The position numbers and the translations under genes were made by a program. A stretch of 64,000 bases of DNA, from assembly GCA_963739835.1 (NCBI GenBank), contig CAVUBW010000026.1, positions 127,538-191,537 of the forward strand. Direction: 5' to 3'. How positions within the stretch are numbered: the first letter of the stretch is position 1; each line of letters begins with the position of its first letter. The stretch is from an uncultured Acidimicrobiales bacterium (GTDB taxonomy: Bacteria > Actinomycetota > Acidimicrobiia > Acidimicrobiales > VFJN01). Shown here one piece after another: positions 45,772 to 56,379 of this stretch. The notes under the pieces were generated by a model. That model saw only the letters and a program-made list of their open reading frames with translations, did not search any database and had not been told where the DNA came from.

Positions 45772-46104
45772 TCAGCCGTCGATGGGGGCGACGAGGTCCA
45801 TGTCCTCCTGGCAGTGCCGGGGCGGATCGGGGACCTCGTCGTTGGCGCTGGTCATGCGCACCTCGGTGCCACAGATCGAGCACCGGTAGGTGATGCGGAC
45901 CTTGCGCAGCTCGCCGGCCGGCGGGGGCGGTGGCAGCGGCGTGGCCAGGCCGGACACGATGCCGATGCCGATCTTGAGGATGAGCCAGCCGGCCACGACC
46001 GCGACGACCACCGCCAGCGGGCTGGCCCGGGTCAGCAGCCACGCCGCCAGCCCGACGACCGCCAGGACCACGAGGGTCGGCCACGGGAACCTCCGCCTCC
46101 GCAC
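45772..46104 (-). CDS. small membrane protein with C-terminal CxxC...HC zinc-ribbon-like motif
   Basis: Track ORF, 110 aa. Two TM helices, then PPPPPAGELRKVRITYRCSICGTEVRMTSANDEVPDPPRHCQEDMDLV. Confidence 0.5.
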   Translation of the reverse strand: MRRRRFPWPTLVVLAVVGLAAWLLTRASPLAVVVAVVAGWLILKIGIGIVSGLATPLPPPPPAGELRKVRITYRCSICGTEVRMTSANDEVPDPPRHCQEDMDLVAPIDG

Positions 46105-46146
46105 GTCCCCATCGTAGGGCCGGCGTCCTAGCGGACCACCAGGACA

Positions 46147-48568
46147 CTAGGGCGCCACCGGGCGGCAGGCCTGGCCCCGGAGCCCCGGGCACGGCATCGG
46201 GTCGTAGGGCGCCGGCGGCACGTCGACGCCGTCCAGGGTGGACAGGACCAGGGCCGACGGGCGGGCCGCGGTGCGCGCCACCTGGATCGTCGGGGTCGCC
46301 CCGCCGTAGTCGGGGTTCTCGAACTCCCAGATGGCGTGGTTGCGGCCGGGCGTCGCCACCGACAGGCGCAGGCGCGACCCGGCCCGCATCGGAGCGGCGA
46401 ACGAGGGGATCTCGACCCGGGCCTCGACGAACCGCCCGGGTCGCAACGGCTGGCGGTCGCGCTCGGTGAAGCTGTGCACGATCTCCAGGCCGTCCGATGT
46501 GCGCTCCTCGGCCCGGTCGGTCAGGTCGAGCCAGCCGTTCTGGAGCAGGCTCTCGGTGCCGTCGGGCCGGACCTCCGAGACCGTGACCTGCACGTTCGCC
46601 TCGGTCGCGTCGGCCGCCACGTACAGGTCGGCATAGCCGGGGCCGGCGAATACGGTGTCGTGCTCGAACGGCGGCGTCATGTAGGCCAGCTCGTCGCCGG
46701 CTGGGAACCGGGTCCAGTCCGCGGTGTCCCAGACCCGGGCGAGCAGCGGGTAGTCGCCGGTGCCGCCGAACAGCGTCGAGCCGCCCGCATCGGGGTCGAA
46801 GCGGAACTGGTCGGCGCCGCCGCCGTCGCCCCGACCCTGGGGGGCGTCCGGCGTCAGCGCACCGCCCGCGCCCAGGTACCAGGTCGTCGCCTGGGCCTCG
46901 GGCGCCGGCCAGCGGTCGAAGCTCTCCTCGAACGTGCCGCCGGGCTCGCCGATCTCGTCCCGGCCGAGCCCGCTCTCGTACTGCACCCGGACCGGCTTCT
47001 CGGCCTCGTACGCGGCCCGGGCCCCGGCGAGGTCGTCGCCGAAGCCGGCGAAGCGGTCGGGCTCCAGCTCGATGTCGTCGACGTGGAACTGGTCGGCGAG
47101 GATCGGGGGCAGCGCCTGGCGCACCAGCGGGTTGATCACGGGCACCCGGTCGGCGACGTAGAGCTCGAGGAACTCGTACCAGCGCACGACGTTGGCCGGG
47201 CCGTAACCGTCGGGGTGGCGGCCGTTCCACAGGTTGACCCGCAGCAGCGGGGTCGAGTCGAAATGGTCGAGCATGGCCGTGAACTGGGGCCCGGTCTGCT
47301 CGTCCTGGAACGCCCCGGACAGGAACACCGGCGCCTCGATGCCCCGGACCAGCTCGCGCAGGTCGCGGGCGGCCGCGGCCGGCGTGTAGCTCGACAGGCT
47401 GTGGACCAGGTTCTCGAAGTCGGGGTTCTGGGCCCGCAGCGGCATGTTGGCGGCGCACGTCTGGTCGCCGCCGGCCACCCGGGCCGCCACCCAGTCGGTG
47501 CCGCCGGGGCGGCTCTCGGCGTCGCGCTCGGCGGATCCACTGCTGGGTGAAGCCCGAGTTGAAGATGCCGCCCGGCCAGGCCTCCAGCCAGGGATCGGCG
47601 ATGACCGACTGGGGCGTGATCGCCGCCAGGTGGGGCGGGTTGGTGGCGGCGGTGTAGAGCTGGGTGATCCCCGAGTACGACAGGCCGACCATGCCGACCT
47701 TGCCGCCCTTGACCCAGCTCTGGCGGGCGACGGTCTCGATGACGTCGTAGCCGTCGGCCATCTGGGCCGGGTTGAACACGTCGAACACGCCGCCCGAGCA
47801 GCCCGAACCCCGGAGGTTGACCGACACGGTGGCGAAGCCGAGGGCCCGGGCCAGGCGCACGCCCGGCTCCTCGGCCGCGGGGTTGGACGGCGAGTAGCCC
47901 GAGTACTCGACCACCGTCGGCCACGGGCCGGGCCCGTAGAGGCTCTCGTCGGGGAACCGGACCATGGCCGACAGCCGGACGCCGTCGCGCATCTCGATGT
48001 AGCCGTAGCCGTCCTCGACCGACGTGCCGGGCTTGGGCGTGCCGAAGATGTCGAGGTGGGCGCCGGAGAGCTGCTGGCGCTCGTAGAGCGCGGGATCGGG
48101 GATGTCGTCCCGGGCCGGGACGGTCAGCACCGCGGTCGCCAGCCGGGGGTCGGCGGACTCGTCGACGAGGGCGTAACGGCCGGGCGCCACGGTGGTGCCC
48201 CGGGCCACGTCGAGCTGGGAGTAGTCGAGGGCGGAGCCGGACGGCAGCGTCTCGTACTCGGGGGGCAGGTAGGCGAACTGCGCCTGGCCCTGGTCGTCGG
48301 CGAGGAGGGTGAGCAGCTTGCGGCGGTGGGCGCCGTAGAGGGTCAGCGGCTCGCCGGGCGTGGCACCGGTGACGGTGAGCTGCTCGACCCCGGCCCGGAC
48401 GTCCCAGGGCGCGGGCTCGGTGCCCCGGAGCACGCGGGCGAACCCCTCGTCCCCGCCGGCGGGGCCGGGACCGCCGGCGTTGCGGCACGCGACGGACGCC
48501 ACCGCCACGACCAGGCCGAGCGCGACCAGCAGCGTTCGCCGGCGCCGCGGGGCCGCCGCGTTCGTCAT
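46147..48568 (-). pseudogene. CocE/NonD family hydrolase (X-Pro dipeptidyl-peptidase S15-like), secreted; one frame slip near 47,537
   Basis: The N-terminal part (signal/lipobox LVVAVASVAC; ..VVEYSGYSPSNP..NLRGSGCSGGVFD..GMVGLSYSGITQ..) is in the frame of ORF 45653..48568. The C-terminal 447 aa are in ORF 46147..47490. Confidence 0.8.
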
Positions 48569-48607
48569 CTACCCCTCCCGAGTTCGTCGAATCTGGTCCG
48601 AACCGTC

Positions 48608-48645
48608 GGGCCGGCCGGTCGACCCCCTTCGCGGCCGGCCGGCCC
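48608..48645 (-). terminator. GC-rich hairpin downstream of the thiolase stop (candidate terminator)
   Basis: GGGCCGGCCGG-N16-CCGGCCGGCCC, an 11-bp perfect stem. No U tract follows. Confidence 0.3.
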
Positions 48646-48667
48646 GGGGCCGGTCAACGTGTGCCGG

Positions 48668-49867
48668 TCAGCCCAGGCGCTCGATGATGGTGGCGTTGGC
48701 CATGCCGCCGCCCTCGCACATCGTCTGGAGGCCGTAGCGGCCGCCGGTGCGCTCGAGCTCGTTGACGAGCGTGGCCAGCAGCTTGGTACCCGAGCAGCCG
48801 AGCGGATGGCCGAGGGCGATGGCGCCGCCGTTGACGTTCGTCCTGCCGAGGTCGGCGCCGGTCTCGGCCTGCCAGGCCAGGACGACCGAGGCGAACGCCT
48901 CGTTGACCTCGAACAGGTCGATGTCGTCGAGGCTCAGGCCCGACCGCTCGAGGACCTTGGCGGTGGCCGGGATGGGGCCGGTCAGCATCGATCACCGGGT
49001 CGACGCCGGCGAGGGCGAAGGTGTGGAACCGGGCCCGGGGGCGCAGGCCGAGGGCGCTGGCCCTCTCCTCGGACATGATCAGCGCGGCGGAGGCGCCGTC
49101 GGTGATCTGGCTGGAGTTGCCGGCGGTGACCTTGCCGTCCGGCTTGAACGCCGGCTTGAGGTTGGCCAGCGTGTCGACGGTCGTGCCCTCGCGGATGCCT
49201 TCGTCGGCCGTGACCAGCTCGTCGGACTCGCTGAGGTCGCCGGTCTCCTTGTCGCGGTGGATGCTGCGGACGGCGATGATCTCGTGCTCGAACCGGCTCT
49301 CGGCGCGTCGCCTGGGCGGCCGGCGCTGGCTCTCGGCGGAGAAGCGCGTCGAGCTGCTCGCGGGAGAGGCCCCACTTGTCGGCGATCAACTCGGCCGAGA
49401 TGCCCTGGGGCACGAGCCCGCCGACGTCGGCGTAGCGCTGCCCGACCCGGGGCCCGAACGGGAACCCGAACTTGCCGTCGCCGATCGAGGCGCCCATCGG
49501 GACCTGGCTCATGACCTCGACGCCCGACGGCGACGACGACGTCGTGCACGCCGGCGATGACGGCCTGGGCGGCGAAGTGGGCGGCCTGCTGGGACGACCC
49601 GCACTGCCGGTCGACGGTGGTGCCGGGCACGGACTCGGGCCACCCGGCGGCGAGCACGGCGTTGCGGGCGATGTTCACCGACTGCGAGCCGACCTGCATG
49701 ACGCAGCCCATGATGACGTCCTCGACGATGCCGGGGTCGATGTCGTTGCGCTCGACCAGCGCGGTCAGGACCTCGGCCGCCAGGTCGGCCGGGTGCCAGC
49801 CCGACAGCTTCCCGTTGCGCTTGCCGCCCGCGGTGCGGACGGCGTCGACGATGACGGCGGTGGGCAT
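48668..49867 (-). pseudogene. acetyl-CoA acetyltransferase (thiolase), frame-disrupted
   Basis: MPTAVIVDAVRTAGGKRNGKLSGWHPADLAAEVL..VDRQCGSSQQAAHFAAQAVIAG / MSQVPMGASIGDGKFGFPFGPRVGQRY..AELIADKWGLSREQLD / [76 protein letters not shown] lie in three track ORFs. At least 3 frame changes. Confidence 0.88.
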
Positions 49868-49937
49868 GGGGGTTGCTCCTTTGTCGCGCCGTGCCCGGGA
49901 CCTTCCCTCGCTAGCCCGGGCGGGTCAGGGCGGCTCA

Positions 49938-49955
49938 CTTGACCCTTCGGTCAAG
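49938..49955. promoter_or_regulatory. perfect palindrome CTTGACC-CTTC-GGTCAAG between the anti-sigma-like gene stop and the thiolase start (operator or terminator)
   Basis: Read directly at 49938-49955. It lies 71-88 nt upstream of the thiolase ATG (49867) and 51-68 nt after the stop at 50006. Confidence 0.3.
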
Positions 49956-50005
49956 CCAGTCTGCCGAGGTCGCGGGGCCGGGCGCAACCGCAGTTCGCGG
50001 TCGGC

Positions 50006-50938
50006 TCAGACCATGGGGTGGGCGATGGCGGCGGGCGGGGTGCCGCCGGACGGGGCGCCCGTGCTCGGCGGGGTCGTGCCGCCGGGGGCCAGTGCCGAGG
50101 TGCACACGATGAGCTCGCTGACCATCGACCACGGTCCCTTGGCGGGGTCGCTCGCGCCGCGCACGTGCGCCAGCGCCACGACGTCGCCACCGTTGACGAC
50201 CTGCACCATCTGGTCGATGGCCGGGTCGCCCATGCGCTGGGACGGGTAGCCCCGCGCCACGCTCACGGCGTCCACGGGCATGTGCGCGGCGAGCGCGGCG
50301 CGCACCGACGGGACCAGCGTGGGCAGCGGCGGGTCGATCGGCAGGTCGACCAGGCGGGTCTGGGCGGCCTCGTCGCAGGCCAGCTCGGGCGTCTTGTAGT
50401 AGCCGGCGGTGTCGACGAGGTCGACGCGGCGCCGGTCCGGGATGCCGTTGACGATGCATCCGACCGCCAGGACGCCGGGCGGCACGGGCGTGCGCAGCGC
50501 CTGGGCGCCGACCGGCGCCACCATCGGGCCCGACGACCAGCCGTCGTTGGTGACCTCGACCTCGACCGGGCTGGGCAGGCTGTTCAGGACCCGCAGGTGG
50601 AGGCCGTCGCGCTGCGGGCGCACCGACGCCACCGGCACCTCGATCCCGGTGGGCGTGCAGCGCACCTCGACCGAGCTCGGGAACTCGGCCCGCGCGCCGG
50701 CCGGCTCGGCCGACTCGGACAGCGTGACCGACTCGTGCCTGTCGCCAAACCCGCCGGAGATCAGCGAGACGGCGACGGCCAAGCCCGCCAGCACCGCCGC
50801 CGTGGCGACAGCTCCACGGCGGCGGTGCAGCCGGCGGTGCCGGCGGGCGGCGACCCGGTCGAGTCCGTGCTCGGGGGGGTCACCGGCGGACGATGCGAGG
50901 CGTTCGAGGCGGGAGCGCAGCTCATGGTCTTCGCTCAC
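50006..50938 (-). CDS. single-pass membrane protein, putative anti-sigma factor
   Basis: Track ORF, 310 aa. Cytoplasmic N-terminus, TM segment AVATAAVLAGLAVAVSLI, then an extracytoplasmic domain. Its start overlaps the stop of the upstream ECF sigma gene by 4 nt. Confidence 0.55.
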   Translation of the reverse strand: MSEDHELRSRLERLASSAGDPPEHGLDRVAARRHRRLHRRRGAVATAAVLAGLAVAVSLISGGFGDRHESVTLSESAEPAGARAEFPSSVEVRCTPTGIEVPVASVRPQRDGLHLRVLNSLPSPVEVEVTNDGWSSGPMVAPVGAQALRTPVPPGVLAVGCIVNGIPDRRRVDLVDTAGYYKTPELACDEAAQTRLVDLPIDPPLPTLVPSVRAALAAHMPVDAVSVARGYPSQRMGDPAIDQMVQVVNGGDVVALAHVRGASDPAKGPWSMVSELIVCTSALAPGGTTPPSTGAPSGGTPPAAIAHPMV

Positions 50939-51498
50939 GCCCCCGACCCCTCGTCCGGGCGATGAACCAGCGCGGCGCGCGCCTGGCTCACGAGCACCCG
51001 GACGGTGGCAGGGCGGATCCGCATGATGCGTGCCGCGTCGGCCGCGTCGCAGTCGAGTAGCTGGGTCAGGACCACGGCCTCGCGCTGGCGCGGGGTCAGC
51101 CGGGCCAGCGCTCGGCTCACGTGGTCACGGTCGGCGGCCAGGTCGGCCGGCTCCGGCATCGGCGGCGGCGTCGAGTGGGCCAGGACGTCGACGACCCGCC
51201 GAGCGGCACGCACCGCCCGTCGGGTGCCGCTGTGGTGGAGGTTGAAGGCGGTGCGGAACAGGTAGCCGGTCGGGTCCGCAAGGTCGGACACCCGGCCCCA
51301 GCGCTCCCACACCCGGCAGAAGGCCTGCTGAGCGAGCTCCTCGGCCTCGTCGCGGCTCCCGGTCAGGACGAACAGGGCGCGAAACAACCGCCGTTCGTTG
51401 GCCAGGTAGAAGTCGTCGAACGGCAGCGCGGGCCGGACGCCGATGGTGATCGGTGCCGGATGGGTGGAGCGCTCAGTGACCACGGACAAGGGCAACAC
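50935..51498 (-). CDS. ECF-type RNA polymerase sigma factor
   Basis: Track ORF: ..FDDFYLANERRLFRALFVLTGSRDEAEELAQQAFCRVWERW (region 2)...LTPRQREAVVLTQLLDCDAADAARIMRIRPATVRVLVSQAR (region 4). Confidence 0.85.
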   Translation of the reverse strand: MLPLSVVTERSTHPAPITIGVRPALPFDDFYLANERRLFRALFVLTGSRDEAEELAQQAFCRVWERWGRVSDLADPTGYLFRTAFNLHHSGTRRAVRAARRVVDVLAHSTPPPMPEPADLAADRDHVSRALARLTPRQREAVVLTQLLDCDAADAARIMRIRPATVRVLVSQARAALVHRPDEGSGA

Positions 51499-51560
51499 TG
51501 CCCCAAGAACGCCCCAGACGCACGCGGTGTGTAGAAGATCGCGCGAATTTTCTCATGAAC

Positions 51561-51616
51561 GACGTTTTCTACGCGGAAGCGGTCGCGATGGCGACCACTC
51601 CCGCGTAGAAAACGCG
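51561..51616. repeat. ~55-nt palindromic repeat unit (copy E3), 4 nt downstream of the hup stop
   Basis: GACGTTTTCTACGCGGAAGCGGTCGC-GATG-GCGACCACTCCCGCGTAGAAAACGCG. The outer and inner stems are conserved relative to E1/E2. The middle stem differs on both arms (ACGCGG/CCGCGT versus CCCTGG/CCAGGG). Confidence 0.75.
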
Positions 51617-51620
51617 AGGG

Positions 51621-52232
51621 TCAGCGGGACGACTTGCGAGCCGGCGCCTTGCGGGCCGGCGCCTTGGCGGCCGGCGCCTTGCGGGCGGCGGGGGCCTTGC
51701 GGGCCGGGGCCTTCTTCGCCGCGGTCTTGGTCGCCGGGCGCTTGGCTGCCGTCTTGCGGGCGGCGGCCGTGCGGGTCGTCGTCGTGCGGGCGGCGGCGGT
51801 CTTGCCGGCCGTCGTCTTGCGGGCGGTCGTCTTCTTCGCGGCCGTGGTCTTCGTCGCCGCCGTCTTCGCGGCGGGGGCCTTGCGAGCCGGGGCCGGCCGG
51901 GCCGGGGCCGGCGGGGCCGGGGGCCACACGCCCCGCTCGAGCTTGGGCGCCAGGCTGGTCTTGACGACCGCGTCCTTGAACCCCTTGAGCGGCGTGATTC
52001 TCGCCTTCTTCGACGCCTTGATGCGCACCGGCTGCTGGGTCTGCGGGTTGCGGCCCATCCTCGCCGGCCGGTCGACCTTCACGAACTTGGCGAAGCCCGA
52101 GATCGACACCGGCTCGCCCTTGGAGACGACCGCGGTGACGACGTCGGTGAATCCCTTCAGCACCGCGTCGACTTCCTTGCGGTCGACGCCGGACTGAGTG
52201 GACACCGCTTGGACCAGATCACGACGGTTCAC
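51621..52232 (-). CDS. hup: HU-family nucleoid protein with long Ala/Lys/Pro/Thr-rich C-terminal tail (HupB/Hlp-like)
   Basis: Track ORF: MNRRDLVQAVSTQSGVDRKEVDAVLKGFTDVVTAVVSKGEPVSISGFAKFVKVDRPARMGRNPQTQQPVRIKASKKARITPLKGFKDAV, then about 100 aa of AAKKTTARK-type repeats. Confidence 0.9.
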   Translation of the reverse strand: MNRRDLVQAVSTQSGVDRKEVDAVLKGFTDVVTAVVSKGEPVSISGFAKFVKVDRPARMGRNPQTQQPVRIKASKKARITPLKGFKDAVVKTSLAPKLERGVWPPAPPAPARPAPARKAPAAKTAATKTTAAKKTTARKTTAGKTAAARTTTTRTAAARKTAAKRPATKTAAKKAPARKAPAARKAPAAKAPARKAPARKSSR

Positions 52233-52421
52233 AGGCTCCTCCTAGGTCGTTGGAACGCGCACAGTTTCGTCAACTCGTAACGACCACACGCGGATACCGG
52301 GGCGTATTCTTACGAGTTTTGCTGGAAAATGCATCACCCTGAGCGCGATCGCGCCGATGGCGCCTAGGTTTTTCGCCCCTGAAAGCGACGGAACGTGACG
52401 CGGGGGCGGCGAACGCGGCGT

Positions 52422-54095
52422 CTACAGCGCCGCCAGCCAGCGCTCGGCCTGCTCGCGCGCGGCGGCGCAGCTGCTCGACCGTCGCCTCGTCGATACGCCG
52501 CAGCCCGACTCCGCGATTGAGCTGTCCGTTGACCTCCGCGTGGCCCATGCCGGTCGCCCACACGAGGTCCTGCACGAGCTTGGCGTTGCGGTCGCGCAGC
52601 GCGGAGCGCTCCACGCGGGGGTTGACCGGCGGACCGTCGCCGCCGCCTGCTCCGTTGCCGTTGCCGTTGCGTCCGGAGCCCGGCAACGCCGGCAGCATCA
52701 CGTCGAGCGCGGCGTCGCCGGCGCCGACCGCGTCCTGGCGGTCGAGCCGGTCGAGGCGGTCCAGCACCGCCTCGTCGACGTCGAACACCGACGACTCCTC
52801 GGTGCCGGTCACCACCGCCGACAGCGCGGCGAACATCGACAGCTGCGTGCCCCGGTCCTCGTCGTGCACGAGGTCGTCGAGCCGGGCGTCGTCGCCCACC
52901 GGCTCGTCCTCGGTGCGCTCGCGCCGGCGGAGGCTGTGGCGACGGGCGTCCGCGATCTGCACCGCCCAGCCCCGCAGCCGGGCGTCGTCGGGGATGAACA
53001 GGTACGCCTTCTGGCGCGGCACGCCCGGGGTCCACCGCACGAACCGGCCGACCGCCTGGCGGAAGAACAGCTCGGTCGTCGTGGTCGTGGCGTACACGCC
53101 GACCCGCAGGCGGGGGATGTCGACGCCCTCGGACACCATGCGGACGGCCACGATCCACGGGTCGCCGGCCGAGGCGAAGCGGGCGATGCGGCTGGACGAG
53201 CGGGGATCGTCCGACACGGCCACCGCGGCCCGCACCCCGCACCGGTAGCGCAGCAGGTCGGCGATCCCCTGGGCGTGGTCCTGGTCGGCCGCGATCACCA
53301 GGCCGGCAGCGTCGGCCTGGTGGCGGCGCAGCGCGGTCAGCCGCTCGTTGGCCTGCAGCAGCACGGTCGCCAGCCATTCGCCGTCGAGGCTGAGCGCGGT
53401 GCGCAGCCGCTGCGACGCACGCGCCCGGTCGAGCGGATCGTCGAACGCCGCGGCCTGCGCCTCGCCGTCGGGGGCGATCCACTCCATGAACCCGTTGATC
53501 CGCGGGAAGTACACGGGACGCACCACCCGGCCGTCGCCGAGCGCATCGGCGTAGCCGTACTCGAAGTCCGGCACCGCCTCGTCGCCCACATAGCGCACGA
53601 ACGGGATGGCGAGCGTGTCCGAGCGGAACGGCGTGCCCGACAGCGCCAGCCGCCGGGGCGCGACCTCGAACGCCCGCCGCACGGACTCGCCCCACGCCCG
53701 GTCGTCGCCCGCGTGATGCAGCTCGTCCAGCACGACCAGCGCCTCGGCCACCAGCGGGCGGAGCGCGTCCGGGTTGGACGCCACCTGCTGGTAGGTGGTG
53801 ACGAGGCCGTGGACGTCGGCCGGCAACCGGCCCCCCGCCGGCGACCAGCGCGGCTCGAGGTGGAGGCCGAACCGCGCGGCGGCGTCGGCCCACTGCAGCT
53901 TCAGGTGCGAGGTGGGGGCGACGACGACCAGGCGCCGCCCGGGTGCGCGGCCAGGTCGTGGACGGCGGCGCACAGGGCGAAGGTCGTCTTGCCCGCGCCC
54001 GGCGTGGCGACGGCCAGGAAGTCGGGCGCGTCCGAGGCGGCGAGCCGATCGAGGGCGCGCTTCTGCCACGGGCGGAGACGGACGCTGCGAGACAT
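52422..54095 (-). pseudogene. DEAD/DEAH-box (superfamily 2) helicase; frame slips near 53,935 and 52,455
   Basis: MSRSVRLRPWQKRALDRL..FLAVATPGAGKTTFALCAAVHDLAAHPG (ORF 53901..54131 frame) continues RRLVVVAPTSHLKLQW..VVLDELHHAGD..LALSGTPFRSD..MVSEGVDIPRL (ORF 52270..54069). Own translation gives the true C-terminus ..EQAERWLAAL* with a stop at 52422-52424. Confidence 0.8.
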
Positions 54096-54111
54096 GGGGA
54101 CGCCGATCTTC

Positions 54112-54930
54112 TCACGTGCGCGCCCCGGCAACGATCGACTCGACGACCGCGGCGGCGCCGTCGTCGGCGCACGACGCCGTGACCTCCCCGGCCGCCGCCA
54201 GCGCCTCGGGATGGCCGCCCGCCATCGCCACCGAGCGCCCCGCCCACCGCAGCAGCGCCACGTCGTTGAGGTGGTCGCCGATGGCCACGACCTCGTCGCG
54301 GTCGACGCCGAGGCGGTCGCACATGCGGGCCACCCCGAACGCCTTGTCGACGCCGGCGCCGGTGATCTCGACGAATGCCGCGCCCGAGCAGGACACGACC
54401 AGGCCGTCGGCCACGAGCGGCGCGACCGCGGCGAGGAGGTCGTCGCGCACCAGCTCCGGGTGCCCCGCGAACAGCTTGGTCACCGGCGGGAACGGCGGGC
54501 CGAGCGCGTCGACGACGGCGCCGGCGTCGGTCTCGTCGTCGATCACCGGCCGGGAGTCGACGAACGCGGTCTCCCATGCCCAGCCCGACGGCGACTCCCA
54601 GCCGAACCGGACGCCGGCAAGGCCGGCCCGCAGCGCGGCCAGCGCCGCGGGGACCGCCGCCGGGGCCAGGGGGTGGTGCTCGACGACGGTCGCCGACGCC
54701 CGGTCGTAGAGCACCGCCCCGTTCGAGCACACGAGGTGGCGCAGCGCGGGCGACGGCGCGACCCGGGGGACCGCGGTGCGGAAGCTGCGGCCGGTGGCGG
54801 CGACGACGGTGATCCCGGCACGGACCGTTTCCCCGAGGGCGGCGAGCGTGCGCGGCGAGAGCCGCCCGCCGGGGCCGAGAAGGGTGCCGTCGAGGTCGGT
54901 GGCGACGAGGCGGACGGGGGGCAGCGGCAC
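54112..54930 (-). CDS. HAD-superfamily hydrolase (Cof-like)
   Basis: Tail of track ORF 54112..55575 from GTG 54930: VPLPPVRLVATDLDGTLLGP...ITVVAATGRS...VVAIGDHLNDVALLRWAG. Confidence 0.8.
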   Translation of the reverse strand: MPLPPVRLVATDLDGTLLGPGGRLSPRTLAALGETVRAGITVVAATGRSFRTAVPRVAPSPALRHLVCSNGAVLYDRASATVVEHHPLAPAAVPAALAALRAGLAGVRFGWESPSGWAWETAFVDSRPVIDDETDAGAVVDALGPPFPPVTKLFAGHPELVRDDLLAAVAPLVADGLVVSCSGAAFVEITGAGVDKAFGVARMCDRLGVDRDEVVAIGDHLNDVALLRWAGRSVAMAGGHPEALAAAGEVTASCADDGAAAVVESIVAGART

Positions 54931-55054
54931 TCCCGGATCGTCGCGTTGTAACAGGATCGTCGGGAAATCGGTGCAAACGGATCGGAGCCCCCGTGCGTCT
55001 GGGGAGTCGTGCACCGCGCAAATGGCGCGGGAGGCGGCACCGAAGGAGATCCGG

Positions 55055-56294
55055 ATGCGACTGCTGCGGCGGCTTGTGCAGCTCGTGATCGTGGCGATGG
55101 TCGTGAGCTGGGTGCTCGCGACGATGACTGACGTGGCGGCGTCCCCGGCCGATCCGCCCGAGCAGGCGCCGGAGGTGGCTCCCCTGCCTCCGGCGCCCCC
55201 CGCCCCTGGCCCGGGTCCGTGGGACAGCTGGACCCGTGACCGGGACGGGACGGACCACGAGCTGGCCGACCCCGGGGCGGTGTACGCGGACGGTGCGTTC
55301 CACGCGTACGGCACCTCGTCCACCCAGTGCGTGGGCGGGCAGTGCACGATGTGGTGGGTCCCCCGCTTCACGGCGGCGTCGCTGTCCGAGCCCGGCGACC
55401 CCGGCGGGCGACGCGATGCCCGAGCGGCCGGCGTGGGTCCCGGCGTCCGACCGGGCGATCTGGGCCCCGTCGGTCGCGCATGTCGGCGGGCGCTACGTCC
55501 TCTACTTCGCGGCGACGGCGGCGTCGGGACCGGACCGGGGGCACAAGTGCCTGGGCACGGCCGAGTCCCCGACACCGGCGGGCCCGTTCGTGCCGCAGGA
55601 CCGGCCGCTCCTGTGCCGGGCCGGGTTCTGGACCCTCGACCCCTACGTGGTCGACGACGCGTCCGGGCCGGTGCTGCTGTGGCGCCAGGACGACGACGCC
55701 CACCCGACCGGGCGGATCGTGGCCGCCCGACTGCGCCCCGACGGGCTGGGCCTGGCGGACGGCGCGGAGGTCCGGACGATGATGACGGGCGCCTCGGCCT
55801 GGGAGGACGGCTACACCGCAGGCGGCGCGGTGGCCGCGGCGGCGCTGCGCGGCCCGGCGAGGACGGCGGGGACGGCGGCCGGGCGGGGGCGGAGCGCGGG
55901 CGCGGCGGCGGACCCCGCCGGCATCGGCCCGATCGAGAACCCGGCGCTCGCCCGCGACCCGGCCACGGGCACGTGGCTGCTCACGTGGTCGGCCAACCGC
56001 TGGGAGACCCGGGACTACGCCACCGGCCTGGCGACGTGCCAGGGCCCGCTCGGCCCGTGCCAGCGGGTCAGCACCGATGCGCCCTGGCTGCGCACGTCGA
56101 CCGACCCCGCGATCAGCACGGGCGCCCGGTTCGACGGGATCGGCGGGCTGACGTTCGTCGCGGGCCCCGACGGCGCGCTGTACGCGCTGTTCCACGCCTA
56201 CCGGTCGGGCCCGGCGGACGCCCCCGGCGGCCGGTTCGGCTGGGCGTACCGGGTCGAGGCCGCCGGCGGCGGCTACCGGCTGGTCGAGTTCTGA
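55055..56294 (+). pseudogene. secreted glycoside hydrolase family 43-like protein; one frame slip near 55,400
   Basis: MRLLRRLVQLVIVAMVVSWVLA..ADPGAVYADGAFHAYGTSS (ORF 54776.. frame), then ..IWAPSVAHVGGRYVLYFAAT..TLDPYVVDDASGPVLLWRQ..IENPALARDPATGTWLLTWSANRW (ORF 55236..56294). GAAGGAG sits upstream of the ATG. Confidence 0.7.
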
Positions 56295-56379
56295 GGGCCG
56301 GGACGATGACCTGCCGTTCTCAGGACGGCTGGCTGCCGCGGCGCCCGCGATGTCACGCCTCCGACCCGGCCCCGTACCC

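Noticed and set aside
51621-51930. Short tandem nucleotide repeats (gccttgcgggc..., cgtcttg...) as a minisatellite or regulatory array
   Set aside because: They encode the Ala/Lys/Pro/Thr-rich C-terminal tail of the HU-like protein, a known feature of actinobacterial HupB/Hlp proteins.
52368-52418. Fourth copy of the ~55-nt palindromic unit after the helicase stop
   Set aside because: The left arm (GTTTTTCGCCCCTGAAAGCGAC) resembles the family, but the right arm pairs poorly. It is too degenerate to call, and it lies in an indel-prone patch.
55790-55930. Possible hidden compensating frameshift in the GH43-like gene (the Ala/Gly/Arg-rich stretch ..GGAVAAAALRGPARTAGTAAGRGRSAGAAADPAG..)
   Set aside because: The other two frames give nothing more protein-like, so I cannot distinguish a low-complexity insertion from error. 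It is not reported as a separate lesion.
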